Source: Lepidodermella squamata
Lineage: Eukaryota > Animalia > Gastrotricha
DNA: 64,000 nt
Assembly (NCBI GenBank): GCA_047495785.1
Contig: JBLDXI010000001.1
Span: 4,898,001-4,962,000, forward strand
Direction of reading: 5' to 3'
Shown here: positions 48,354-60,766 of the stretch, piece after piece
Numbering within the stretch: the stretch's first letter is position 1
How the letters are laid out: every line of letters begins with the position of its first letter
Program-made: the position numbers and the translations under genes
Notes under the pieces: model-generated
Database searches by the model: none
What the model was told of the DNA's origin: nothing
Seen by the model: only the letters and a program-made list of their open reading frames with translations

Positions 48354-49205
48354 ATGGTTGCCGATATCGAGCTTGAAATCGTCGAACTTCTGGAGCAACT
48401 CGAAGAGGAGGTTGGGTCGCTGCCGACAGGAGAGACGAAAGAGAGGCTGCGACAAATTCAATCGAAACTGCAATTGAAGCTGCTAAAGAAAGAAGCCAGA
48501 AAGAAAAGAAGTGCAGAAGAGAAGGAGGAAGAAAAGCGAAAGCATCTGATGGAAAAGATGGTAAATGAAGACCGACTCCTTATAAAAGGTCTGGGCGAAA
48601 ATTGGAAGGAGGAGGTCAAAAAACTCCTCCCGGCTGACCTGCCACTCTGGAGACTAGAAGAAGAGAAGGACAAAGACGGGGCGGTGGTCATCGAATTCCT
48701 TCGAGACACGCAGAGGTCAAAGGCCCGAGTTCTAAACCTGGCGAAGCAGTGGAAAGAACCACTGAAAGCGGTAAAACCAGTCACGAAACACATGAAAGAA
48801 GTCAGAGAAATACTCGAGGAGAAGAAAGTCGAACTGGAAAGCGCGGGCACCCAAGGATTACAGGTCAGAGGAGCGAACATCTACCAGTACGACATCCCGC
48901 TCATCCGTTACTACTCGGACGCAAGTGAAATGGTGAAAATTCACAACCCGGTTGAAAACATCCAGGAGGAACCAACCGGAATAAAGTGCTTCACTTGCCA
49001 CGGCTATGGGCACATGTCATGGCAATGCGCAAACAACCAAGAGCCAGACAGAGGCAACGCGCCCAGAAACAACCAACTGCGACCGAACAACAACAGATAT
49101 CAAAACAACAACAACACTGGAAACAACAACTACCGCGGAAACGGTGGAAACAATCGGAACGACGGAAACTACGGAAACCGAGCGCCGTATGGACGCTGGA
49201 ACTAG
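48354..49205 (+). CDS. Retrotransposon ORF1/gag-like protein: coiled coil, CCHC zinc knuckle, N/G/R-rich tail
   Basis: 283-aa intact ORF with CFTCHGYGHMSWQC. Confidence 0.8.
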   Translation: MVADIELEIVELLEQLEEEVGSLPTGETKERLRQIQSKLQLKLLKKEARKKRSAEEKEEEKRKHLMEKMVNEDRLLIKGLGENWKEEVKKLLPADLPLWRLEEEKDKDGAVVIEFLRDTQRSKARVLNLAKQWKEPLKAVKPVTKHMKEVREILEEKKVELESAGTQGLQVRGANIYQYDIPLIRYYSDASEMVKIHNPVENIQEEPTGIKCFTCHGYGHMSWQCANNQEPDRGNAPRNNQLRPNNNRYQNNNNTGNNNYRGNGGNNRNDGNYGNRAPYGRWN

Positions 49206-49374
49206 GACTGGCTAAACCCACTCCCGCTTGAAAACCGTTTCGAACTGCTAACAGAAAATGACAACTCATCTGATGATTCGATTGTGAAGAAAGTGGAAGG
49301 CGAAGGAAAAACGAAATCTACAAGGCCCAAGAAAAGGGCAAGGGGTATGAAAATTAAAACAAAAAATTTGAAAA

Positions 49375-50177
49375 ATGTTTGCCATTCTGAAAACCAAGGT
49401 TTCTTCCTTCAAGTATTTAGGCAGCATAATAACAGATGACGGAAAAATTGACGCCGAACTAAAATCACGTATAGCAAAAGCCGGTAGTTGCTTTGGTGCA
49501 ATCAGTAAGTTCATGTGCAACCGAAACCATGTATCTCTTGGAATTAAATTGAAAATACTAAATTGTGTAATAATTCCGACACTAATGTACGCTAGCGAAT
49601 CCTGGAATTTGACCGAAGAACATGAGAGAAACCTAAACACACTCGAATATAAGTGGCTTAGGTGCATCTTAGGAATCACTGTTATGGATTATATTCCGAA
49701 TATAGACATAAGACTCTCAATGTGCGGCGGCGTGATAGAAGTGAGTAGATTAATAGAAAAACAACGCCTCAATTATCTCGGTCACATAATAAGAATGCAA
49801 ACCTATGTAGACAAAGACGGAAAGCCTCTCGAACCCGGCCCAGTGTACGACATATATAGATGGCAGACTCCAGAAGGTTGGGTCAGGCCAGTAGGAAAAC
49901 CTCAAATTTATTGGTTAAAATGCGTAGAAAGAAGCCTAATTAAAGTAGGCCTCACATCGAAAACAACTATTAGGAAAAAATCGATGGCTCTCGAGGACGA
50001 CCCAAGAAAGATGGGTCAAACTCGATTGAGATAACAGTAGAAGACGTGGACTGGCACGCCACAGAATTAACGGCATTAAATAGAGATGAATGGCAAACAA
50101 CGGTCTCAGAATTGGAAAATTATGAATTTTACGGTAAAAGCAAATTGCTAACTGCGGGGGTGGGCGTTTTTTCTTAA
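49375..50177 (+). pseudogene. C-terminal remnant of LINE ORF2 (post-RT region), frameshifted near 49975
   Basis: VSSFKYLGS, RLNYLGHIIR, RPVGKPQIYW, then ALNRDEW in a second frame; no YADD or endonuclease. Confidence 0.75.
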
Positions 50178-50416
50178 ATTTTGCCTTCCTTCGCCTTCCA
50201 CAAAACCCGAAAGGGTATAGACGCCTTAGTCGCGTGGAAGTTAAATAAAATCATTCATATTCATATTCATATTTCCGTGTGCATTTTCGCGAAGAATCAG
50301 TGACCTGCGCGAAAAGGAGGAAACTCACCACCTTACCTCAGCGCGCTCATCAGCGCCCGTCTAAAGGAAGACTGCGAAGTGCGAATCCAATATTACAGAT
50401 CATATATCATATATAC

Positions 50417-50877
50417 CAGTGTGGTCCAAACGTGGACTCCGGAGCCTTTTGGACTCTTTTCGACATTTTGTGGGCTCCGGAACGTTTTTTGGTTTTTTCG
50501 AGGTTGGACTCCAAATGGGCTCCGAACCTGGCCTCCGCCAGGCTCCATCGGACTCCCCCACCTGAAATTGGTCACCAACTAGAGGTTGCCCATGAATCCT
50601 CGAATTTTTGCTGCATTTTAAGCCCATTTTCGGCTTGAAAATGCTCAAAAAAGCGTTGGCTAAAGCTCGCTTCGCTCGCGAGTCGACTTTTCTGAGCAGT
50701 TTTTCAGGCCACAAATTTTTTGAACCCAAGGGTGAATACATATCACCCCCCCCCCCCCCAAAAAAAGCTTAAAAAAGCATATCACCCCCAAATTTTACTG
50801 AATACCCTGTGTGGACTCCCCCGGCCTTTTTGGTCTCCGACTGCGGACTCCAAACTTTGTGGGCTTGGACCACACTG
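50417..50877. mobile_element. hAT-type MITE
   Basis: Perfect 13-bp TIR CAGTGTGGTCCAA/TTGGACCACACTG with 8-bp TSD ATATATAC; internal GGACTCC repeats. Confidence 0.9.
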
Positions 50878-51614
50878 ATATATACGCATGCATTAATCCA
50901 GTGTTGTCCACGGTCGGAAGCTGGCGAGTCACAAACCGGAGTCAAAAATAGGCCAAAGAGTCAAATCCACTGAAATGCCGAAAAACCAGTGAATATCACG
51001 TGTATCGGTCCAGTTCCCATTCTAGCGCGTAAATTGCTCTCTATATTCACGGGTCACTGGAACTTTTCGCGGGGTTCGACTGGTTTTTCAACAAATTTCG
51101 TTGTTTTTGCGCCTTTGCAACTTGAAAATAGCCATATGGGATAAGACGATGGCTATCACTAGACCAGCAACGGCGCACACAAGAACTGTACACCAGGGGT
51201 ATTGCCCTGAAGAAAGCCGGAAATGCAGACTACTTCCAAATTCGCGGTAGTCGCCTTCTTGCCGTTAAAGGGATGACGGTTACAAATCGCCTCGAAGCTC
51301 GCCTCGTCGGTGGAATCATCCTGATCTTCGAGGTGACTGCCGACCTGGGGAAGTTCGATGAAAAATTCCCTGCGTTGACGCCGCTAAGACCACGCCAGCC
51401 GAAAACGGCCGGCGCAGCATTACCCTAGGACCCTCGCAGGTCGCAGCATATCAACCAACTTCCATGCGCAAGAAATTACCGGATCGGGGGCATCACCCAT
51501 CGATCGACCGCCAATTGCATCTACAATGATGCCCCGGTCACGGTACTTCACAATATAACAGATAAGGCTAAACTTGATGCATGTTCTAGTTCTCATTGTA
51601 ATACGAATAAGGAT

Positions 51615-52070
51615 GTGTTGAAATCAATACTTGCCGGTTTCCGAAACATCCAAGGTGCAACATCGTTTAGCAACAATGAGCTCGAAACCGCTGCTGAAAA
51701 CTGTCTCATCTTCGTTGCAGCAGAGACGCACGGCCTCGCGCCGCATCTTACGATAGAAGATTACGACAAATACGAAGCCGATGGCATTCGCCTAGTCGGA
51801 GGCCGTAAATCTGGTGGCATGAATGCTTTCATCTCGAAAAAAATTAAAGATTTAGTGACAGTAATTATGATCATCTGTATTGTCGCCTTGCCACGGCAAT
51901 CTCAACCCACAATATATTTTGTTTTTTTCCTATGTCCCCACGGATTCAACTTCACAGTCTCCTAGCGATGCATTCTCCAACCTCAAAGATCTAATCGAAA
52001 ACAACATCCGGTGAAAAATACGAATTGGTGCTACTTGGTGATTTGAATTGCCGCCTTGGTCAGCTCTCCG
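51615..52070 (+). pseudogene. Degenerate AP-endonuclease domain of a non-LTR retrotransposon
   Basis: FRNIQG...LIFVAAET...GRKSGG and, after frameshifts, LVLLGDLNCRLG (52025-52060). Confidence 0.65.
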
Positions 52071-53552
52071 ACGTGGATTCAAGCGACGCGCCAAAACAAC
52101 CACTTAACTATTTATAGCTTTTTTTTTATAGAAATTACGTTCAACCCTTGAACGTACATTCGATAACTACGATCAGTGCTTAAATAAGCCGAACGCACTC
52201 CTCCTTTACGTTCGGATCGTCAAGGTACGATCGAATGAGTCGTCAAAGTGGTATTTTTTGCGCGTCGCTAACGATATTTTAGAAATAAATGAATTGCATC
52301 AATGGTCGATTTTTGTGTCCGTGAATGACCGAATGAATTTGACCAATCTCCCGCTAATGTTTACCCTCTTTCTTTTTTTCTTTGTTCTTGCACGTTTCAG
52401 ACCTTTGCCGAGCTCAACAAAAAATGACTTTCGGATTCTTCAGATCCAGCCTTGTATTTTTCTTCCTATTTGTGGTTGTTTCTCTTTCTATACTTATGTA
52501 AAACTGAACGTTTTGCAGATAAAGAAATGGCGAAAGAAAGTAAGAAATACGCAGCAGGTTCGCCGCTTTTTTGAGAAATAGATGCAATTACGAAGCTATG
52601 AAGGTAGAGAAAAAGCGGAATACATTTTGCAACTGTATTTGTAGGTTCAACTTATTAACCACGTTCAAAGGCAGGAAAGCGACAGAATGCGTGCAATTAA
52701 TTCGGTTCCGCGTGTCACGCAAGACTATTTGCTAAATCCGCTGGGAGTTATATCCGTTGAGTCACAAAAAATGTGCAAAATACGCTCCATTCACCTTGCT
52801 AATTTTGCCACTGCCGCATTCGATCTCTCGCACTTTATTTCTCACTTTTGGATCGACTTATTGGCTGCGCATAACTCTTTAGGAGCTAATGGTTTTATGA
52901 ATTAAAAACCTTGAGAACAGTATTTGGCATGTCAAAAAGCGGTCAAAATAAAGCTGACAGCTATGATAACGAAGGATCTTGCCAAGGATCTGCAGCGTTT
53001 CGATCAGCATCGAGCAGATTTGGTTCTTGCCACCCGGATTCATTAAAACGACACGTTCACATCAAGCTGCTCGCTTATAAAGAAGCCAGATCAGCAGTAA
53101 AATTGGAAGTCACTCGGAAGAAAATAAGCAAACAGACATGACCGCATTTATTTTAATTCTTTAATTCGTCTGTTTCTTTATTTTCTTCGCGTCTTTATTG
53201 AAGCGCTACAACACATCTAGGCGATTTTATTAAGGCGAACATTTATTTTTTGTATTCATGTCATGATCGTAGCAGCTAAATGCCGCCTTGTAGATGGAAT
53301 AAAATGATGTTCAAATTTTTCAATGTTTTGTAGCCGGGTGTATATTAGGCCCGACGATTGCTTCATCTTGACGTCGAATAAAGCCGGATAAATGTTTTGG
53401 TTTGTTGAGTTTAGGATTAACAAAAATTCAAATAGCACATCAATTTTTAAAACATCCCCCTTAATATTTTTGATATTTGGTTTAATAATTATTTTACGTA
53501 TTTGCATCGATCAATTTGCTGACAAACTGCAACTAAACTAATTTGCTACGAA

Positions 53553-54820
53553 ATGGACGTAGTTAGGAACATGGAACGCAAGGTATGAACATTTGCGAAA
53601 ATTCCCTGATTTGACGATTTCAATGTGGTTTTATTCAGGCTTTGGCTGCTGCCTCGATTAGTGGCTTTGTTGTTGCGCCCCAAAACGTGTCCGTGAGGCA
53701 AAGAAGAACTATGACTTACAATGCCGAAATAATTAACGGAGTGCTGACTCGCAGCATTGATATTTCCCAGCAACAATCGGAGCAGCAGCTGAGATTCTAT
53801 TTCACTCATGCAACACATCTCACATACGTTGGAACAAACTTTGCTGTTCATCGACTCCAGTCCAATCTAGGAGACGTTGCAACCCTCAGACTGTTCTTCA
53901 CCACAAAAGAAGAAGCATGGGCTTTCATGCGTGTGATTTTGTCCTACATGGGTGAAACTGCGTATCCTAAATGCTTTTCCCTGTTGAAACTCGCCAACAG
54001 ATTTTTTCAAAAACATCGCAGTGGAACAATTCAGATTAATCAGGAAGCATATGAGTGGCTCGGCTATCCCTTCTTCTACACCATTCCAGCCAACGAAATG
54101 CCAACTCTTCATAACGGAATAAGGCGTAAATTTCTTCCATCTTTCAGCAGCGATATTACTGACTTATTCGGCATAACTTACCAACCAAGTGAAACATGCT
54201 ATCACATTGAGCTATTCAACAGGTACACCGATCTGCATGAGCACGTCGACTTTGTTGCAATGGCCAACCGGTTGAATGATTTGACTATTGCTGCTGGCTA
54301 CATGAATAATTCTTTCATCACGGCTTGCTTCGGCTCACCGTTTCATGTGCCGCATCTTCGGCTGCTGCCACCATTAAGACACATAGGCGACTACGTGGGA
54401 AGCAGTTTCACGACCTCCTTCAGTTCACATCTCACTGGTAAAGCCGATCAATTGCAGGAAGAATTCAGAGGCCAATACCAGCTGCATCATAGATTGCTAA
54501 CAGGAGGACAGGCTCAATTAACTTGGTGCGGAATCTTTGACGAAGCAGCTATATTCGACTGGGCAGTTATCGCGCTGCCAGATTATTTTTTAAGGATGCC
54601 CTCGAAAAGTGTTTCTAGCTGCATCACAGTGGGCATTAAATCAATTGGGTGGCGGCCGGAATTCAAAGTATTCGGTGTTGCCAAAACTGCACATACTTTT
54701 AGAGATAAGCAACAAATTATTCGATCGATCTGGCTCAGAATTACTGACTTGGAAACCGCAGACTATCGCAGGGTTACTAAAGCAGCTCCTAGTAGTTATT
54801 GGGCCATCGCCATAGTTTGA
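53553..54820 (+). CDS. Hypothetical ~400-aa protein (exons 53553-53582, 53639-54820)
   Basis: Long ORF joined in phase to a short ATG exon by a 56-nt GT-AG intron; no recognised domain. Confidence 0.65.
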
Positions 54821-55422
54821 TGGCAAACTAAAAAATTGAATGAAATAAAGACTCTTGCACCCCAAAAGCTTCCGCAGGTTTTCATCATGCAAAACTTAAT
54901 GATAACAAGTTAGGTCCTTGGGCAAAGTATTTTTAGCCCGCATTCCGAATAGGTTTTGTTCTATATGAGAAGAGACGCAGCGAAGTTCTCTGTGATGTTT
55001 ACTGTGCTGATTATACGATTTGTAATACGATAATGCGATAATGTCGCGTTTTTTCTGCGTTTCCCTTGTTTCTTCAAGTGCACCGAAAATATAATAGAAG
55101 ATAACTGAGTTAACCCGCAGCCATCGAAAAGTCATAACTTGATGTAAGTCTTCACCTAGTATCTAGTTACGGTGTCAACTATTCGTGCTTACTGCAGCAG
55201 CATGTTGAAAAACCATCATCAATCTGATATGCGCTTCGGTCACGCTCCACATGTGATTAATTGAAAGTGATCATACTCTAAATATCACGCATGATTGACA
55301 TTCAAAAGTTGCCGTCAAAGAAGGTAAATATATCATAGCCTGGATTATTCCGGAAGGAGTCCTAGACTGTTAGCATTTCAGAATTGACGAATTAGTAGTG
55401 GTGCTTCTAAAAAAAATAAAAA

Positions 55423-56037
55423 ATGTTCACAAACGCAATTTTTCTGATTGCTTTGTTGCCAGCATTAGCGAGCGCAACTCTCGAGGACGATTTAGTCGAA
55501 GCGGCGTACAAGAACAACACTGACCGTGTAGTTTCCCTGCTGAACTCAGGGGTTTTCGTTGATGGTCGAAGCATCGAAGGAGGAGTCACTGCTCTTCATG
55601 CTGCAGCATTTGCAGGTAATTTACAATCTAGGTTTCATTCGATTAATTTCCATCTAAAATAATTTCGAATAACTTCAGGTAATACTGACATCGCACGTTT
55701 GCTGCTCGAGCACGGAGCAAATGTTGATGCCCGCGAGCCCGAAGAATTTTCAACACCGCTAATGTTCGCAGCATTTGCTGGTCGCACAGAGACTGTCTCC
55801 CTCCTGTTAGATCACAAGGCAAATATCGACGCAAAAGACAAGACTGGATCAACTTCGTTGGTTGCAGCTGCCTTTGCTGGTCGTAACGATACAGTTTCTC
55901 TTCTTATCAGCCGTGGCGCTAACCTTGAAATCCGCGACAGCACTGGATCGACCGCATTGGAGATTGCCATCTGGGCGAATTACGCAGATACGGCAAAGCT
56001 TTTGAAAGCTCGCGGTGCCCTGAGTGGCCCCAAGTGA
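55423..56037 (+). CDS. Ankyrin-repeat protein with signal peptide (exons 55423-55615, 55679-56037)
   Basis: MFTNAIFLIALLPALASA, followed by ~5 ANK repeats (GVTALHAAAFAG, TPLMFAAFAG, GSTALEIA). Confidence 0.85.
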
Positions 56038-56985
56038 TTTTTCGGGTTAAATGTACACTTCGAATTGCAAAATATTATAATTTTGATCCGATAAAAGAAA
56101 AAAGACTGCATCCCATCTGAATAACCTCGCATGATCAAGACATTGACTTACCATGCACCATATCCGCGTGTTGGCAAATAAAGAGCAACTACATTAAAAT
56201 TGTCGACTCTTATTTTCAGCAGATAATCATTGATCAACATCCTACTCGTCATTTCTTATATAACTTATGAAAACTTGTCGGAATAAGCTGATCAAGCTGA
56301 AATCGAAGAAAGCTAAACATGCGACACGCGCTCTGCAAAAGAAACAAAAACGTTGCCATGGAAGCACGAAAGCCGCACGATAAAAGTTGTTTTTTTTTTT
56401 GCGCCATAAATTAATTTGCCTTCATATTTTCATGATAAAAAAATATTTTCAGCTGATAAGTTTCTACGTCCTTGAACATTTTTCACGCGGGTTTTAGCGG
56501 TTTTGGAACTTCAAACTCTGTTGAGTCTTGACGTGCCCTTTTGGTGCCTTCTCGTTTACAGGCCATGCATGGCCCTCCCTGGCATAAATTCTTTCCGCCT
56601 CGACTGAACTCTCCTCTAGCCGTGACAAAATCAGGTTTTCATCGCATGAAATCACCATAGAATATAGGGTATAGGGCGCTAGACGCTAGGCGGTGCCCAT
56701 TTATATAGGGGTGAAACCTCTGACTGATGCAACTTTGCGAAAACAATTATCGATCGTCAGTTTCTATTCATTGATTGTGGTTTGATTGATCTGTAACAAT
56801 AAGCAATTAATTTTGAGATCTCAGCTTTCAACGCGAATTCGATTTGCGCTCTGATACCTATTAATAGTATCAGATACCTAGTCATCTCTCTTTCTACACT
56901 TTTCTTACTTCAAAGTTAACGCATAAGCTGTTACATCCTTTATTTCTGTACTTGTATAATTCATTGTTTTAGATTTTTTATATAA

Positions 56986-59900
56986 ATGTTTTTCCGCAGC
57001 TCCAAAACCGCGCCTGTCAAGAATCCGGTGCGCGAAAAAGTTGTTGCGCTTTATGACGAAGTCTTCTACGTTCCCGAAGATGGCAAAGAGCGTGTTCTCA
57101 TCAATACGGACGAATTCTGGGAACAGCTACTGCTGCTTAAGATTAACATTCCAGAGCTAGTTACACGTTTGGGGAAGCTGACTACTGGCGATACGGGTTT
57201 ACTTATTCTTCGCAAATGCGCATCAGTGACAAAGAGCTCACTCAGCGCAGGTGAAACTGTTCGGTGTGTGAATGGCCTCAGCACAGCCAGTATTGTAGTT
57301 CGGTGCCTTAATAAATTACTTCCCGGTTGTGATCAAAACGCTCTGACTGCTGTGACTACTTCATTAACGAGCGATGCATTCACCATACTAAGCGACGACG
57401 CTGTGTCGGCGTTGAGCAAAAAAGCTGCATTAGCCTGGCTGTTGTGCTTACTGGCTGCCGACGAGCGACTAGGAACTAGCGGTTACGTAACTGGAGCTTT
57501 CGAAGCCCTGGAGTCATCTGATGTTACTCTATCAGCAGTAATGCGCCTTCTCTCAAACCCAAGCACTCGTTTTCAGTTCGGAATCGAAGCTGTCACCATA
57601 TTTTCGCTGTTGATTCAACTACCTGGTGGCGATAACCAATTTCCGGCTCGTTTTTCGATTTTAGACGACGAGGCTGCGATAAATGCTATGGCACAGATTA
57701 TTGACGGCGAGTTGACATCGGCTAATCTCGTATGGCGAGATCGGCTGAAGCAACAACAATCCAAGGGCATGTGGTCTAGCTTGAGCTCAGCAATCGCCGG
57801 TCTACTCGTCGGTGGCGACGACCTGCCACCAGCAACAGCCCTTCAACCCGGCTTACTCCTCGCTTTCTTCTACGCAACGATTCTAAATCGTCACTTCATG
57901 CCAACTCTGACACAGACCTACCCAATCGCAGCTGGACCTCCGACCCCAATAGTCGCGTCTTCGCTGGTCGGGGCTGAGAATAGCCATGAGAATGGGAAAA
58001 GTAGCGCTGTTACGAGTGAGCAAGCTCAAACTCCGTTGAAGCACTCGCCAGAACGGGCTGCTAGCGTGAATGAAGTCTCAACCCCAAGGAGTACTGCGGG
58101 AGATACTAGTAAGCTGGGCTCCCCGGGCGTCGACCAGTCTTCGAATGAACCCCAACAGCAAATGCCGGGCAACCTACTGCTGACTGTTATCGAGTACACC
58201 TCAGCCTTACTGCAGGACACGAGGGACGAAGGCCGGCGACACGCTGCCCACGTTTGCTTGATGGCCCTGGAGGCGATTGCGGAAGACCCTTACGCCAGTT
58301 CGGTGCTGCATGACGACAATCTGGCGTTCCGGCCTGTCATCCACCGCATCCAGCTGCGGCATCGGCGCAACGCGGCCGTTCCTGCGCCGCCGAGGCCGCT
58401 GGCGTCGGCGCTGCTCGATCTCGCCGTCGAGTTCATTTGCACGCATTTGATGAAGAACTTCCCGTTCGAGCTGCACTACCATGCGCTGGCGATCATTCAC
58501 CGGTTGCTGTGCTACGAAAAGAAAGCTGGCGTTCGGTTGAAGGTCGACTGGCACGAGCTGTGGTCTGCTCTGACGGCACTTGTAAGTTACCATTATAATA
58601 TTTTAATTGAAGCGGAACCGAAATTCAAAACCTGTCAGTAATGGCAAGTTATGCATTTTGCAATTATTCACTTCGAAATTCCGGAATAAGTGATTGATGT
58701 GTAGAAGCGATGCATTTCTGCACCAAAATATTGCAAATTCCACCAGCCTTAATTTGAGCGAAACAAAGCGATTGGAGTTTTGCCATACTTCCTGAGAACC
58801 TAATATTTCAGCCTATCGAGCTATGTTAACTTGAAAAATTATGCGAATTTCTCGTTGTTGCATAGATGCGATTTCTGGCGACAAATGAGAGCGCACTGAC
58901 TGCAGCTCAACAGCAGCAGCAGCAATCGAAGCCGGCTGATCCGGCGCCGTGTTCATCCGCCTCGCCTGCCGCCAGTGTCTTCTCGCTGGTTCAGCTGTCG
59001 GTGACCATTCTGAACATGTTCATCACATTCGGCGATGCCATTCTGTCGGACCCGCTGTCCTACGACGATCTGTACTACGAAATCATTCGCAATGCCGACC
59101 TCTTCGCCAACATTTACCAGGTAACTTGCATTCCCAGTCCCGACTCGGCGATCTTCTTGAATGTTGAAACTTGATTTCAAAGCGTACATCACAAACTCAC
59201 AATGCCTAAGTATTGTTGAGAACAATAATATAAAGGGTGCAGATTCGAACGATCGTTCTCAGTTCTCAGTGGTTCTCAAACTATTTTCGCTCCCGGTCAA
59301 AAATTGTGGGTTTTCGAAGGGGCGGAACAAGATACCGTCAAACAAGCATTTAGTGAGCACCTAGATGATTCATCAGAGGTTTTGAAAAACAGTGACCCAA
59401 TTATCGATAGTTGAGGAGCGATGATCGATTTCATAGACTTCTAGATTTGCTAGATACTTGCGTTTATATTTTTCTCGGACTGTTGTACAATTTTGATTTT
59501 CAATTTCCAGTTGTGCCTGCGCACTTGCGCCTCGCCTCAATCGCTGTCGCCGTCGACGTCTCGAGCCGTGCTGGCTAAAAACAGCAACTCTCCCTCGCCA
59601 ACGCAACTACAGGCCACCTCGCAACAGCAGCAAACAGACGCCGATTCGGCAATAGTCGACGGTGTGTCGATCCACTCGAATGCAGCCGCAATCCAGTCTC
59701 CACAGCAGCAGCAGTTGTCGGCAGCAAACGGAGGCGAGTCGCCCGGGGCAGCTGCCGCCCGAGCAGCCGCCGCCCTGCACAACATCCGGGCGATCGTGAC
59801 GCACTACAGCCCGCTGGTCGACGACCTGACGGAGCAGAAGGGCGCGAGCTTCGTCACGGAGGCGGACATCCTCGAGCTGGTGCGCTCGCACTACGACTCG

Positions 59901-60101
59901 CTGCTGCTGCGCCTCGTCGACGGCACCGACTCGTTCGACCGGTTCCGCGGCCAGGCCCTCGCGCCCTCGGCGTGCCGCGCCTCCCTCGTCGCGCTCTGCG
60001 ACGCGCAGCTCGCGGACGTGCGGCGGCGGTACAGCGCCGCGGCGCCGCCCATTCCGAACACGGACAGCCTGAACAGCAGTCTCAACAGCAGCGTGCCATG
60101 A
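56986..60101 (+). CDS. ARMH3: Armadillo-like helical domain protein 3 (C10orf76) (exons 56986-58581, 58867-59120, 59511-60101)
   Basis: HLMKNFPFELH...IIHRLLCY...WxELWSAL|MRFL...LNMFITFGD...SYDDLYYEIIR...NIRAIVTHY...YDSLLL. Confidence 0.88.
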
Positions 60102-60766
60102 AACGCAATCAAACAAAAACAAACATTTTTTTCGTTTTTTGCAGGGTTGAAACAAACTCTGTGGCGGTGATATCAAAATAACATCAATCTACTATGTACT
60201 ACTAATGACTTGCATTGTCTTTGACAACAAAAACAAAACGGGACTTGTGTATGAATGTGCATTAAGGTATATTTTTTCTGACTTGTTCTTGCTGTATCTC
60301 ATTTGCATGTGAAATCATACTGCGTTGTTTCTGGTGGTCGCATGCGTGATGTTGCTAACATTCAATAAAAAAGTGATGACTGTCTTTATTTAAAATGTTA
60401 TAATATTGCTCGCTTTTTTGCAAGCTGCTCGGTGATACACGCTAATAAAAAGACTAACCTAAGTGGTGTCACTGTTTTTCAAGGCGGTAAGCTCCGGTTT
60501 GACCGGATATATGTAATTAAGCTTTTCTTGAATTTCATACGGAAATAGAACACATTCTGCATTGAACCCCCGATTGAAAAATCCGGTTCTAGCTGCAAGA
60601 AAGAAATTTATTTGGAAGCTTCATTTTGGCGAATTCGACGATTTTCCAGAGCTGTCGCAATAGGAAAACTTACCCATATGTGAATGGTCAAGGAAAAGTT
60701 GCGGCTTTTGTGTAGCTAACAGCAATCAGCTGATTTCAAGAAATTGATTTTTGAATGAGTAGATGA

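Larger units (their letters stand above)
48293..50271 (+). mobile_element. Internally deleted non-LTR retrotransposon (RTE-like 3' end) with 11-bp TSD
   Basis: TTTCCGTGTGC at 48282-48292 and 50272-50282; 3' tail of TTCATA repeats; ORF1 plus the RT C-terminal region (FKYLGS...IDAELKSRIAKA...PTLMYASESW). Confidence 0.85.

Noticed and set aside
49831-49845. EPGPV in the LINE ORF2 remnant as a 2A motif
   Set aside because: Lacks the D(V/I)ExN core
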